64,000 bases of DNA. Source: Escherichia phage W143. Within the stretch, counting starts at the first letter, position 1. Every line of letters begins with the position of its first letter. The DNA lies in the sequence record MZ189262.1; one strand, 5' to 3'. A program made the translations under genes and the position numbers. Below the pieces are notes generated by a model, which made no database searches, was not told where the DNA came from, and saw only the letters and a list, made by a program, of their open reading frames with translations. Of the stretch, positions 1-9,556 are shown piece by piece.

Positions 1-10
1 TCATCAAAAG

Positions 11-1030
11 TCATTGTGTTGCCTCTACATATAACTGATTTGCATATTGAATAAGTGCTTCACGGTCAGAATCAGTGATGTCTGGAATTGCATTAATGTA
101 TTCTTCCATCAATGTCTGAAGAGATTGAACTTCAACTTCTTCACTATCATCTGACTCGACAGAGTTATCAATCTTTGACACAACTCGCAATGAATGCACA
201 ACTTTTTCTAGTTCAGATTCGAACTTCGTCAGATTTTTATCTACCTCAGTTACTATAACACGTACTGATAGATTTGTAAAATCTTTATAGTCAATTTTTC
301 CCTTAAATGGGTATTGAATTCGACGATGCCAGGTAGTGTTGTTTGGAATAAATTCCATTCGTTCTGTTTCTGTATCAAACACCCAGAACCCACGAGGGTC
401 ATTCTCGTCACCTGCAGTTAGTGTCCATGGTGTCCCAATATATTTGACGTTAGCAGCCTCAGAGATAGTATGGAAGTGACCAGACCACACTTCTTTATAA
501 GTCTTAAGGAAATCAGGTTCAAGACCGTGAGATTTCATTCCTTTATAAAAATAAAATCCATTCAGTTCCCAGTGACCAACACAAAAAGAAGCAGATGAAG
601 TTTTGATGTGTTCAAGAATTTCACCAGTATTTTCTTCACACATCCAAGGAATTAAATCAATTAAGCACCCGTCAAAATCTACTGTAGTAGGCTTATCATA
701 TACTTTAACATTAGGGTATTTAGCCAAAAGCTCAGTAGAAGCATTTGGATGCATTACATTTTTATAGTGGAGATCGTGATTTCCTACAATAGTATGTAAT
801 GTGATTCCAGCGTCATCAAGCATTTGAACTATTTCACGGGCGAACTCCATAGTTTTATGTGTGATTGCTTTTCGTACATCAAAAATATCACCGTATTGAA
901 TCCATGTAGTAATTCCGTTTTTCTTAGAATATTCTATCGCTTGCTTAATTCCGTCAAGTTGAATACCGCGAATCCATTCATCGTCAGCTTTAACGCCTAA
1001 ATGCCAATCACCTAAATTTAAAATTTTCAT
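11..1030 (-). CDS. 47: Recombination endonuclease subunit gp47 (Mre11/SbcD-like metallophosphoesterase)
   Basis: 339-aa ORF; phosphoesterase motifs GDWHLG, GDIFD, GNHD; adjacent to a-gt as in T4. Confidence 0.9.
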   Translation of the reverse strand: MKILNLGDWHLGVKADDEWIRGIQLDGIKQAIEYSKKNGITTWIQYGDIFDVRKAITHKTMEFAREIVQMLDDAGITLHTIVGNHDLHYKNVMHPNASTELLAKYPNVKVYDKPTTVDFDGCLIDLIPWMCEENTGEILEHIKTSSASFCVGHWELNGFYFYKGMKSHGLEPDFLKTYKEVWSGHFHTISEAANVKYIGTPWTLTAGDENDPRGFWVFDTETERMEFIPNNTTWHRRIQYPFKGKIDYKDFTNLSVRVIVTEVDKNLTKFESELEKVVHSLRVVSKIDNSVESDDSEEVEVQSLQTLMEEYINAIPDITDSDREALIQYANQLYVEATQ

Positions 1031-1190
1031 ATATCAAGAACCGTCATTGAAATGCAAAATAAAATTATTGAAATAAATCCATCTGGAGTACTAAAGAACC
1101 CAATCCAACATGCTCTAGTGAATAGATAAAATGCAAGAAAAAGTATCACATATCCAAGAAATATCATTATATCAAACTCCGTATAAAGCT

Positions 1191-1208
1191 AAAGGGCCGA
1201 AGCCCTTT
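1191..1208 (-). terminator. Hairpin GGGC-UUCG-GCCC with U-rich 3' side overlapping the a-gt stop codon
   Basis: Inverted repeat aaagggc/gcccttt with cgaa loop read directly; the same GGGCCGAAGCCC hairpin recurs at 4833-4848. Confidence 0.45.
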
Positions 1209-2409
1209 ATTTTGTAATAATGTCAAACTGTTCTTTAAAGCAGAAGCTTGAATCTTGATGCTGATACAGAAATTCATAAGCTTTTTCACGTTCACGGTCA
1301 TAAAGAGCTCGATCAGATGACAGTTCTTTAATACGTTCAAATGTTGATTCCATGTCATTTTCATCAAACCAAACGATACCGCTATCGTGTGAAATTAATG
1401 GAGTATTATCAACACGGAATTTTAAATTTTCGCCAGTAGATTTCCAAAATACTGGAATTGTTCCACATGCACCAAGCTCGAGATGAGTGTATTCTAAAGA
1501 ACGCTGTAGATATTTTTTGTCCAACTTACTCAGCTGATAACCAAATCCGGATTTACTCATGCGTTCAAGCATTTCGCTATTTACATAACGGTCGAGAATT
1601 TGCGTTGGCAAATTAGGAGCAATTTTAATTTGGTCTACTTGATGAAGACGATAATACTCATATGGAATTCCTTTTTCTTTAATAGGAATGAATGCTGGAG
1701 AACGTTCCAGACCTTCCATAATAGTACTTAGTCCTGCAGGTTTAAGATGTTTTTCGTGAAAATCAAACATCTGGTAAAAACCTTTCCATGTAGTCGTACG
1801 ACCAATCCAACGGTTGATATTCATGTTAATTTCAGAAACATCTTTCCAGTAGGTTGATCGAACCTTCGCAATATCCATAGGAGGCTGAAAGTTGTATACG
1901 GTCGGCGCTTCTTCAATATCATCAAACAAAGAAACAGTTTCCGGATACCATTCTTTCATTAAAACTTTATTAAAATCACCATTATCAGAATGGCTAAAAA
2001 TAACATCAGCTCGACGAACAGTTTCTTCTAATCCCAAATTTCGGCGTAAAGAAAGAGAAGAATGGTCATGCTGATAAACTACAACACGAACCGAAGGTTT
2101 AATGTTATCAATAATTTTTTTATAGTTATTAATGGTGTCTTCTTCTACTGAAGTAGCAGGAACTGAATTGATAATTAGAATATCACAATCATTTACCAGC
2201 TTAAGTGTTTTATCGTATTCTTTTGCCAATAAAACTGGAATTGAAAATGATTTATAATCATGCGCGCAATTACGAGTAAATGATTTATCTTTAGCATAAA
2301 CCAAAGTTACTTCATGACCATTTTTAATAAACCAATCACGTTGCTCAAGAGAAAATTTAGTTACACCGCAACCTTCAAGACCTCGAGCCATAAAAATACA
2401 TACTTTCAT
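1207..2409 (-). CDS. a-gt: DNA alpha-glucosyltransferase
   Basis: 400-aa ORF matching my recollection of T4 alpha-GT along its length; implies glucosylated hydroxymethylcytosine DNA. Confidence 0.88.
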   Translation of the reverse strand: MKVCIFMARGLEGCGVTKFSLEQRDWFIKNGHEVTLVYAKDKSFTRNCAHDYKSFSIPVLLAKEYDKTLKLVNDCDILIINSVPATSVEEDTINNYKKIIDNIKPSVRVVVYQHDHSSLSLRRNLGLEETVRRADVIFSHSDNGDFNKVLMKEWYPETVSLFDDIEEAPTVYNFQPPMDIAKVRSTYWKDVSEINMNINRWIGRTTTWKGFYQMFDFHEKHLKPAGLSTIMEGLERSPAFIPIKEKGIPYEYYRLHQVDQIKIAPNLPTQILDRYVNSEMLERMSKSGFGYQLSKLDKKYLQRSLEYTHLELGACGTIPVFWKSTGENLKFRVDNTPLISHDSGIVWFDENDMESTFERIKELSSDRALYDREREKAYEFLYQHQDSSFCFKEQFDIITK

Positions 2410-2460
2410 TTAATATCCTCATTGTTTTGGTTTATTTTACCAAAAATTTATAAAGCAATA

Positions 2461-2478
2461 TAGGAGCCTCGGCTCCTA
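2461..2478 (-). other. GC-rich hairpin (AGGAGC-CUCG-GCUCCU) in the a-gt upstream region
   Basis: Perfect inverted repeat taggagcc/ggctccta read from sequence. Confidence 0.35.
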
Positions 2479-2652
2479 TCCACATAATACACCATACAGA
2501 GGCTCATTAGAGCTTCTAAATTTTATGCGCTTATACGTTATAGTTCCTTCTGCTTTAGCTTTATCGTGAGCCTCTTTAAAGCGTCTCATCATTTCTACTT
2601 TAGAGGAACGAATTTTATTATAATCTATTTCAGAAGTCTGGGTGTTCATCTT

Positions 2653-2859
2653 TCACAGTTGCCACCATTTTTTGACTTGATAGGAATCAACCCACACTTT
2701 CATATTAGGGTCTGCTCTTACAATAGGAGGATTAACTTCTTTAATTGAACTATCATGGTATTCTTTTTCAGAAATTTTCACACAAAGATGGCCGTTCAAA
2801 GATTCAGTAAATCCTGCATTAATTTTAAGACGCTTGAATTTTACGTGTGTAAGCATCAA
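2653..2859 (-). CDS. Hypothetical protein (68 aa)
   Basis: ORF in same orientation as neighbours; overlaps the upstream ORF by 35 nt so the start is uncertain. Confidence 0.35.
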   Translation of the reverse strand: MMLTHVKFKRLKINAGFTESLNGHLCVKISEKEYHDSSIKEVNPPIVRADPNMKVWVDSYQVKKWWQL

Positions 2860-3142
2860 TCATATCCTCAATCTGTGATCTAGTAGTCTTCCAAAGAATA
2901 CTAATGAGTTCATCGTTATATGGCTGTTTTAGAATATCCCGACTTTTCTTGATAGCATATTCGTATTGAGCAAAATTATTGTTTTCAGCTGCAATTTGAG
3001 CGTGTTTATAAAGACGGTTCAGTTCGCGTTTATTTTTAGACAATAACTTATTTGCTTTTCTTTCTGCTTCAAGACGGTTCTTTTCTTCAATAGAAGAAAT
3101 AAGCTTTTCCACTTCATCATTAATTTCGGGTTTATCAGTCAT
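2825..3142 (-). CDS. Hypothetical charged helical protein (105 aa)
   Basis: ORF fills the gap between a-gt and 55; lysine/glutamate-rich. Confidence 0.5.
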   Translation of the reverse strand: MTDKPEINDEVEKLISSIEEKNRLEAERKANKLLSKNKRELNRLYKHAQIAAENNNFAQYEYAIKKSRDILKQPYNDELISILWKTTRSQIEDMIDAYTRKIQAS

Positions 3143-3143
3143 A

Positions 3144-3362
3144 TTATTTCTCTAATATAAAATAAAAATCATCATCTGTTAAATGATACCGATAGTTTAA
3201 TTCTACACCATTAGATTTAAAAGCGGTATCATACGGATTTTCTGGATCAATATCAATGTCAAGAGCTAAAACTTCCCTGAGATACATTTTAAGTAAATAG
3301 GGAATAGCTTCAACTTCAGGTATTTCTTCCAAGAATCCGGAGAGGTTAATCGTTAGCCTCAT
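3144..3362 (-). CDS. Hypothetical protein (72 aa)
   Basis: Tightly packed ORF directly downstream of gene 55. Confidence 0.45.
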
Positions 3363-3903
3363 ATAAAAAATCCAAACTAGGAGAATCGTCTACAACACTT
3401 TTCTTTTCAGCCCCTGGTGTTCTATAGGTTGATTCTTCGTAATGCGTCATTTTATCGTAGATGTCTTGAATAAAAGTTTCATCTACTAACGCAACCATAT
3501 CGTCGTCACGACTGTCATAGACATTGTGAACGAAGTAACTATATTTCTTTGCAACTTCCTTACGTTCTTTTTTAATACGTTGGACGAATGCATTAAAACA
3601 AGCTTGAGTTATATATGCATGTGGGTTTTTATATTTCGTTTCATCAAAATTATGAAGCCCCTTAATAGAAGCTTCTATACCATCTGCAATCATTTCTTGT
3701 TTCCAGGATTGGGTGTATCCTGAAAAGTTGAAACGTTTAGATAAGCCTTCTGCAATAAGCATAATGGCTAATCCGATAGTATCATTCTGACGAACTACTT
3801 TATTTGGGTCTTTATTATTTGCTAATTCTGTTTTCCAATCAATAATAGCTTGTAAAAGCTCTTTATTGTTTACGTAATTATATTTAGGCTTAGTTTCTGA
3901 CAT
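3346..3903 (-). CDS. 55: Late-transcription sigma factor gp55
   Basis: Track ORF starts at GTG 3909; ATG at 3903 with SD AGAGGTGA gives 185 aa starting [10 protein letters not shown], the T4 gp55 length as I recall. Confidence 0.88.
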
Positions 3904-3932
3904 TTTCACCTCTTAGCTCAATTCATAGATCT

Positions 3933-3941
3933 ATTATATCA
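3933..3941 (-). promoter_or_regulatory. Extended -10 element TGATATAAT upstream of gene 55
   Basis: Reverse complement of attatatca; a TGCTT (MotA-box-like) motif lies upstream at 3964-3968 but the spacing is not canonical. Confidence 0.35.
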
Positions 3942-3983
3942 TAATATTTGAAGATCTATCTTAAAGCATAGAGGATAAATCAG

Positions 3984-4253
3984 CTATCTAAGTAAACAGT
4001 ATGCTTGGAATACTTTCTCCATCATCTTTTTAAATTCATGAATATCTATATAATGACTAGTTAAATCAGCATGATATAAAAAGTCTAAAAACTTTTCATG
4101 TGTGCTAACATATTCGCTTTCATTTAATTCAGAAACATGGCTTTCCCAATATCCAACACCAGTCTTATTTGGGAAAAATGAAATTTTCATATATTGGTCA
4201 ACATAGAAAATTCCATAATTTTCAATAGTAATAGAAATATTAATAAATTTCAT
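3984..4253 (-). CDS. Hypothetical protein (89 aa)
   Basis: ORF in the 55-nrdH interval, typical compact spacing. Confidence 0.45.
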   Translation of the reverse strand: MKFINISITIENYGIFYVDQYMKISFFPNKTGVGYWESHVSELNESEYVSTHEKFLDFLYHADLTSHYIDIHEFKKMMEKVFQAYCLLR

Positions 4254-4465
4254 GCATTCATCAACTTAGCCGCTTCAAGAGCTGCATCTAGTGAATCAAA
4301 TTGATCGGCATATTCAATCAATTCGCCGTAATTAGCATATAACCACCATTGGCTAAATTCATACTCAAGGATAAATCCATTTCCTTCAATTTGAGTTAAA
4401 CCAATGCCATTTGTATTTACTTCATATCCGGCAAGACGCAAATCATTGATAAGAGATTCATTCAT
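4250..4465 (-). CDS. Hypothetical protein (71 aa)
   Basis: 4-nt overlap with downstream ORF, consistent with translational coupling. Confidence 0.45.
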   Translation of the reverse strand: MNESLINDLRLAGYEVNTNGIGLTQIEGNGFILEYEFSQWWLYANYGELIEYADQFDSLDAALEAAKLMNA

Positions 4466-4467
4466 AA

Positions 4468-4794
4468 TTATACCTTAGTAATTTTCAGATCAGCAAATTT
4501 TTTCTTGCGTTGATTTTTCATACGACGAATAGTTTTATCAGAAATTTCATGCTTTTGATAAGCTTTAGATTCTACACCAAAAGCTTTAACATCAAATTCT
4601 GACAAGATATATTGAACCAACAATTCACGAATAGTATTTCGTCCAATTTTCTGATCATTCTGTTTCATCATCTGATGAAGCTCTTTTTCCCATTTATCCA
4701 AAATTTGAGGAGTTACAATATCGCCTTTTTCTAGCAGAGAAACTACTTTATCATATGCATAAGAATTGATGGCGTTTTTAATTTGAATAGTCAT
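4468..4794 (-). CDS. Hypothetical basic protein (108 aa)
   Basis: ORF with lysine/arginine-rich C-terminus. Confidence 0.5.
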   Translation of the reverse strand: MTIQIKNAINSYAYDKVVSLLEKGDIVTPQILDKWEKELHQMMKQNDQKIGRNTIRELLVQYILSEFDVKAFGVESKAYQKHEISDKTIRRMKNQRKKKFADLKITKV

Positions 4795-4832
4795 ACATTA
4801 TCCTCAATTGCGTTAAAATTTTATTATCCAAA

Positions 4833-4848
4833 AAGGGCCGAAGCCCTT
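4833..4848 (-). terminator. GGGC-UUCG-GCCC hairpin overlapping the stop codon of ORF 4847-5047
   Basis: Same hairpin sequence as at 1191-1208; followed by UUUGG on the minus-strand RNA. Confidence 0.45.
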
Positions 4849-5047
4849 AGCTAAACTGTTTGGCACCCTTCCAGCCTTCATACATCATTGCGGCTGATAT
4901 TAATATTGCCCCTGAACAGCTTGAATATTTGTGATTCCAAAACCAGTTCAGAAAAACTTCGTCATCAATACCTTGGGCTATCATATTTTCAAAGAACTGA
5001 CGACGAGCTTCGGCAATTCGTTGTGATAATTTAGATTCAGGATTCAT
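4847..5047 (-). CDS. Hypothetical protein (66 aa)
   Basis: ORF between hairpin and next gene. Confidence 0.4.
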   Translation of the reverse strand: MNPESKLSQRIAEARRQFFENMIAQGIDDEVFLNWFWNHKYSSCSGAILISAAMMYEGWKGAKQFS

Positions 5048-5179
5048 TTAAATTTTCCAATTGCCATTTTCATCAATGAATTTAATCCAGTCATTTACTG
5101 ACCACTTGGTCGTATCGCCTTTTGGAGCAACATTTAAAGTGTATAATCCTTGTTTAAAAAGCATACGTTTGATATTCAT
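5048..5179 (-). CDS. Hypothetical small protein (43 aa)
   Basis: Track start at 5263 overlaps upstream gene by 76 nt; ATG at 5179 preceded by GCTGAGGAAAATATG, with the upstream TGA stop embedded in the SD. Confidence 0.4.
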   Translation of the reverse strand: MNIKRMLFKQGLYTLNVAPKGDTTKWSVNDWIKFIDENGNWKI

Positions 5180-5186
5180 ATTTTCC

Positions 5187-5480
5187 TCAGCTGTAACGAT
5201 AGCACTCGTTTGATTTACGTTTAGCAACTCGTTGAGAAGTATTATAATCAAAATCGTCATCAATGTAAACTGATTTTTTCAACTTTCTTACTTCACTACG
5301 TAATTGACGATTTAGCTCATCTTTAACTTCTGAATCAATGCCTTTCATTCTACGCCATTTATCAGAGCGAAAAATGTTTTCAACCATATCTTTATGACTT
5401 ACACCATCAGGAGCTTTACGCTTTCCGAAATAGTCATAATCACGTACTTTTAAATCTTTACGACGATACGTTTTACCCAT
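5187..5480 (-). CDS. Hypothetical basic protein (97 aa)
   Basis: Track start is GTG 5525; in-frame ATG at 5480 (MGKTYRR) chosen. Confidence 0.45.
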   Translation of the reverse strand: MGKTYRRKDLKVRDYDYFGKRKAPDGVSHKDMVENIFRSDKWRRMKGIDSEVKDELNRQLRSEVRKLKKSVYIDDDFDYNTSQRVAKRKSNECYRYS

Positions 5481-5649
5481 GGAGTTTAATTTCCTTAGCA
5501 ACTGAACTAAATACAGCACGGTCACAAATCATGTGTTTGTTCCATTTAAGTACAGTATAATGAACATCTAGATCATCTACTGCTGTAACAATAACAATAT
5601 GTCCGTTAACACGATAATACTGATCCCTTTTAATCTCTTTATCAACCAT
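5473..5649 (-). CDS. Small ORF (58 aa), not in the ORF track
   Basis: ATG at 5649 with SD GAGGA 7 nt upstream; hand-translated with no internal stop; 8-nt overlap with downstream start. Confidence 0.35.
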   Translation of the reverse strand: MVDKEIKRDQYYRVNGHIVIVTAVDDLDVHYTVLKWNKHMICDRAVFSSVAKEIKLHG

Positions 5650-5790
5650 ATCAAATCCTCAAAGGCAATTCATATGTTAATAATACCACAGTTTGAACTT
5701 CTTGTAAACAACTTTGTGAAAATTATTTTAGGGAATGATAAGAAGGGAACGATAGCTTAGAATGGTAATATACAGAATGCGAGAAAGAAA

Positions 5791-5804
5791 GGCCCAGAGG
5801 GCCC
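5791..5804 (-). terminator. GGGCC/GGCCC hairpin followed by U-rich tract just past the stop of the nrdH-like gene
   Basis: Inverted repeat ggccc-aga-gggcc read from sequence; UUUCUUUCUC follows on the minus-strand RNA. Confidence 0.45.
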
Positions 5805-5807
5805 GTC

Positions 5808-6131
5808 TTAATCTTCTATGATATCTCTATCATATCCAAGTGAAATGAGAGTTTCTTTGAAGTGTTTAATGTTCTTTTGTCTAGAATCATTGATGAAAAT
5901 GACTGGATAACGAATGTTAAGAGATGTGAATCCAGCACGTTTAGCAAGAGATACAATCAGTGGGCGATCATACTCGATCTTACCATTATTTGTAAGAACT
6001 TTATAGAAAGTAAAAGGAGCATTGAGCTCCTTTAGAAGTTTTGTAACTGATTGACATCCAGGACAACGACCTACTTCATCTGGAATTCCATAGACTTCAA
6101 TCTTATTCTTTAAGTTCGAGTTTTGTTCCAC
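5808..6131 (-). CDS. nrdH: Thioredoxin-fold redoxin with CPGC active site (NrdH-like by position)
   Basis: CxxC motif GRCPGCQ and position next to nrdG; track start at 6260 overlaps upstream ORF by about 160 nt, so GTG 6131 (SD AAGGA) or ATG 6179 are alternatives. Confidence 0.5.
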   Translation of the reverse strand: MEQNSNLKNKIEVYGIPDEVGRCPGCQSVTKLLKELNAPFTFYKVLTNNGKIEYDRPLIVSLAKRAGFTSLNIRYPVIFINDSRQKNIKHFKETLISLGYDRDIIED

Positions 6132-6420
6132 GAGAAATAATTCCTTGATAAGCCCAGTATGGCGGGTTAACAGAATCATCGCCAGAATTTTCTTCAGGAA
6201 AATAAACCTGGATAACAAATCCAGATGCATCAAAGGTAAAATAAACCGTAGGTAATTCACCTAACAATTCAGCGCGGTTATTAATTTCTTCAAGTTCTCG
6301 TTCTCGTTCTCGTCCAGCCCAAAAACTAGGATTTAGACTACATTCATAGAAATAATAGTCATTACCGAACATATCAAAACCCTTCCAACTCTCTACCACA
6401 TACCGCTCAAAACTAATCAT
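6103..6420 (-). CDS. Hypothetical protein (105 aa)
   Basis: ORF; contains a (ttctcg)x3 microsatellite at 6295-6312 encoding RERERE. Confidence 0.45.
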   Translation of the reverse strand: MISFERYVVESWKGFDMFGNDYYFYECSLNPSFWAGRERERELEEINNRAELLGELPTVYFTFDASGFVIQVYFPEENSGDDSVNPPYWAYQGIISRGTKLELKE

Positions 6421-6422
6421 AA

Positions 6423-6662
6423 TTAAGCCTTTTTATCAAGAACAGCATTCAGTTTGTTAGTAATTTTATCCAGACGCTCATTGAACTCGCTAGAAGATAG
6501 TCCTTTTTCTGGAGAAATTAAGCTAATCACGAAAAATATAGCAATAAAAGGAATAAGAAAAATAGCACCAACTGCCATAAACAAAAAGAATGTTACAGTT
6601 GTAAGAAAATCAGCTAAACCTTTACGAAATTTATACATATTTACCCTTAATTGATTAACCAA
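6423..6662 (-). CDS. Hypothetical membrane protein (79 aa)
   Basis: One long hydrophobic segment FLTTVTFFLFMAVGAIFLIPFIAIFFVISLI. Confidence 0.5.
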   Translation of the reverse strand: MVNQLRVNMYKFRKGLADFLTTVTFFLFMAVGAIFLIPFIAIFFVISLISPEKGLSSSEFNERLDKITNKLNAVLDKKA

Positions 6663-6752
6663 GCATTGATAAGTACTAAACTATACTGCGAATAAAATTC
6701 TGGACCAAAATGAAAAATCATATCATTTATAGTATCAATAATATAATTCAGT

Positions 6753-7223
6753 TTAATCATGTTTCCACACCCCATCGGTATTTGACCAAAGTCGCTGATT
6801 ATCTGAACCTCGCCACAGCTTTTTGGTCGGAAGATTTTTCTCATACTTCCCATCAATAATAACATCAACATATTTAAGCATTTCTAGTTGTTTAATATCT
6901 TCAAACTTGTACCCTGTCCACAACCAAATGCTTTTATTCGGATAAAGATTTTTTACCGTTTGAACAATGCAATGAACAGCATCTCGGTTATCAGGATAAA
7001 GAGGGTCTCCTCCAGTTATAGTTAATCCTTCTATATAATCATTATTCAAACATTCAATTAATTGTTCTAGTGTTTCACCAGTGAATGGAACGCCATTTCT
7101 AGCATTCCATGTTGATTTATTATAACACCCTTCACATTTATGCAAACACCCCGTAACGAAAAGAACGACCCTGCATCCAGGGCCATTCACAAAATCGCAG
7201 GGATAAAATCTATCGTAATTCAT
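6753..7223 (-). CDS. nrdG: Anaerobic ribonucleotide reductase activating protein (radical SAM)
   Basis: 156 aa; cysteine cluster CLHKCEGC; 4-nt overlap with the nrdD stop. Confidence 0.85.
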   Translation of the reverse strand: MNYDRFYPCDFVNGPGCRVVLFVTGCLHKCEGCYNKSTWNARNGVPFTGETLEQLIECLNNDYIEGLTITGGDPLYPDNRDAVHCIVQTVKNLYPNKSIWLWTGYKFEDIKQLEMLKYVDVIIDGKYEKNLPTKKLWRGSDNQRLWSNTDGVWKHD

Positions 7224-9037
7224 TGGTGTTTAATCCTATGCATGATTTCTTTATTTTTGCCAAGATTAAATCCGCGCTCGTTCGGATTTCCCAAATAGCC
7301 ACATGTTCTTCTTATTGTGTTCATCTTTTTAGGATCAGTTTCTCCACAAATAGAACAAACAAATCCGTTTTCAGTAGGAGTCATTTCATGGGTACTTCCA
7401 CATGTAAAACATTTATCTACTGGCATATTAACACCAAAATAATCTAAATGTTGTGCAGCATAATCCCATACAGCCTCAAGACCTTTTAGGTTATTTTTCA
7501 TATCAGGAAGTTCAACATAAGAAATGTGACCACCTGTCGCAATGAAATGATACGGAGCTTCGCGAGAAATCTTTTCAAACGGAGTAATATTTTCTTCTAC
7601 TGAAACGTGGAAACTATTAGTGTACCATCCTTTATCAGTAACATCTTTTACACTTCCATATTTTTCTGTATCAAGTTTACAGAAGCGATAACAAAGGTTT
7701 TCAGCAGGAGTAGAATACAAGCTAAAAGCAAAACCGGTTCTTTCAGTCCACTGCTTAAGACGAGCATTCATTTTAGTCAAAATTTCCTGTCCAATATCAC
7801 GTCCGACAAGAATATTCAATTCGTGAATACCAATGTATCCTAAAGACACCGAACTTCTACCGTTTTTAAATAACTCAATTATATCATCATCAGGTTTAAG
7901 ACGAACCCCAAATGCACCTTCTTGGTAAAGAATAGGAGCAACAGTAGCTTTAACTCCTTTTAAGGAACTAATTCTACACATCAAAGCTTCAAAACACAAA
8001 TCCATTCGCTCATTGAATAATTCAGTAAATTTCTGTTCATTGAACTGTGTTCCAATATAAGAATCTAGCGCAATACGAGGAAGATTCAGTGTTACAACGC
8101 CAAGATTATTACGTCCATCAAGAATTTCATTACCAGTCGAATCTTTCCATACACTTAAGAAACTGCGGCAACCCATTGGAGAAACAGGAATAGATGAACC
8201 TGTGATAGCTTTATTATTCTTAACTGAAATAATATCAGGATACATTCTTTTACTTGCACACTCTAGGGCAAGTTGCTTAATATCATAGTTCGGATCGTCT
8301 TTATAAAGATTGACACCCTCTTCAACGAACATAACAAGTTTAGGGAAAATAGGAGTTATCCCGTCACGACCGAGACCTTTAATGCGATTTTTCAGAATTG
8401 CTTTCTGAATCATTCGTTCAGTCCAGTCAGTTCCCGTACCAAATGTAATTGTTACAAAAGGCGTTTGTCCGTTTGAGCTAAAGAGAGTATTTACTTCGTA
8501 TTCATAAGCTTGGAATGCATCGTATACGTCTTTTTCTGTTTTAGATTGGGCATAATTCAATGCATCAGCGATTTGCCATTTTTCTGCGTCCTCAATATGT
8601 TTTGCGTAGGTGCGTTTAACATAAGGAGAAAGGACTTTATCTACATTCGCAAAAGTCGTTCCGCCATATTGATGGGAAGCAACCTGCGCAGTAATTTGTG
8701 CCATAATTGCAGTAGCAACGCCGATTGATTTAGGAGTTTCAATCTGCGCATTACCGAGCTTAAATCCGTTCTCAAGCATTCCTTTTAAATCTACTAAACA
8801 GCAATTAGTAAATGGAAGAGCGGGGGAATAATCAATATCATGGAAATGGATAATTCCGCTTTCATGCGCTTTCATAATAAAAGACGGGACCATATTTTTG
8901 GCAATGTGTTTAGACACAATACCAGCCATAAGGTCCCGTTGAGTTGGAAAAACACGAGAATCTTTATTAGCATTCTCGTTTAAAAGGTCTTTATTAGTTT
9001 TATGAATCAATCCTTCAATTTCTTTTTCAATTGTCAT
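7220..9037 (-). CDS. nrdD: Anaerobic ribonucleoside-triphosphate reductase, uninterrupted
   Basis: 605-aa continuous ORF; C-terminal zinc ribbon CFTCGSTHE...CSICG and glycyl-radical motif RRTCGYLG. Confidence 0.92.
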   Translation of the reverse strand: MTIEKEIEGLIHKTNKDLLNENANKDSRVFPTQRDLMAGIVSKHIAKNMVPSFIMKAHESGIIHFHDIDYSPALPFTNCCLVDLKGMLENGFKLGNAQIETPKSIGVATAIMAQITAQVASHQYGGTTFANVDKVLSPYVKRTYAKHIEDAEKWQIADALNYAQSKTEKDVYDAFQAYEYEVNTLFSSNGQTPFVTITFGTGTDWTERMIQKAILKNRIKGLGRDGITPIFPKLVMFVEEGVNLYKDDPNYDIKQLALECASKRMYPDIISVKNNKAITGSSIPVSPMGCRSFLSVWKDSTGNEILDGRNNLGVVTLNLPRIALDSYIGTQFNEQKFTELFNERMDLCFEALMCRISSLKGVKATVAPILYQEGAFGVRLKPDDDIIELFKNGRSSVSLGYIGIHELNILVGRDIGQEILTKMNARLKQWTERTGFAFSLYSTPAENLCYRFCKLDTEKYGSVKDVTDKGWYTNSFHVSVEENITPFEKISREAPYHFIATGGHISYVELPDMKNNLKGLEAVWDYAAQHLDYFGVNMPVDKCFTCGSTHEMTPTENGFVCSICGETDPKKMNTIRRTCGYLGNPNERGFNLGKNKEIMHRIKHQ

Positions 9038-9507
9038 TTTAAACTCTTTCTAAGCTGCTTCTTAAATGAAGCTATTAATTGTGTTTTAGTGTCAGATTCA
9101 TTATATTCAAATCCTCTTTGAAGCATCTCAGCCATCATTTCCTCTTTTCCTAAACGAGAAAATTCCTTTGATTTATCTCCAACGAAGTTAGGGTGAATAT
9201 TATTTTGGGTGTAATCGGATTTTAAATAAGTAAGTAAATTTTCTAACCATTCAAGATAATCAACACCTTGTCCCTTTAAGCCAGAACGATTAAATTTATG
9301 CTTCATTTGACCTTCCGCAGCATTGCAAAGATTACAGAGCAATCCACGCACCTTTCCAGCTTTCGGTCCATTTAATTCATGGTCATGGTCAAGGTGATTA
9401 GCTTGAACATCAGGATTTAGTTCTCGTTGGCAAATTAAGCATTTACCGTTTTGTGCATCATAAAATTTTTGTTTTTCTTCTTTGTACAATTTGCCAGTCA
9501 ATAACAT
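9034..9507 (-). CDS. 49: Endonuclease VII (Holliday-junction resolvase)
   Basis: 157 aa, matches my recollection of T4 gp49 including the zinc-binding cysteines. Confidence 0.88.
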   Translation of the reverse strand: MLLTGKLYKEEKQKFYDAQNGKCLICQRELNPDVQANHLDHDHELNGPKAGKVRGLLCNLCNAAEGQMKHKFNRSGLKGQGVDYLEWLENLLTYLKSDYTQNNIHPNFVGDKSKEFSRLGKEEMMAEMLQRGFEYNESDTKTQLIASFKKQLRKSLK

Positions 9508-9556
9508 AATAAAACCCTTACCTTGAATAGATAAGGGTATTTATTATTTTCAAGTA

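Noticed and set aside
1167-1367. 66-aa minus-strand ORF overlapping the 3' end of a-gt in another frame
   Set aside because: Entirely nested in a well-supported gene, no ribosome-binding site, low-complexity translation; a frame shadow
6295-6312. (ttctcg)x3 microsatellite; a similar (aaatcg)x3 occurs at 63780-63797 in gene 18
   Set aside because: Short in-frame hexamer repeats encoding RERERE and IEIEI; too short to call a repeat feature, though potentially slippage-prone
7223-7447. Plus-strand ORFs antisense to nrdD/nrdG and similar plus-strand ORFs throughout 1-42000
   Set aside because: All recognisable genes in this region are on the minus strand with almost no intergenic space; the plus-strand ORFs are AT-rich shadows without plausible translation signals
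7220-9037. Searched for a group I intron or intron-encoded endonuclease in nrdD
   Set aside because: The NrdD reading frame is continuous for 605 codons and no intervening non-coding stretch exists
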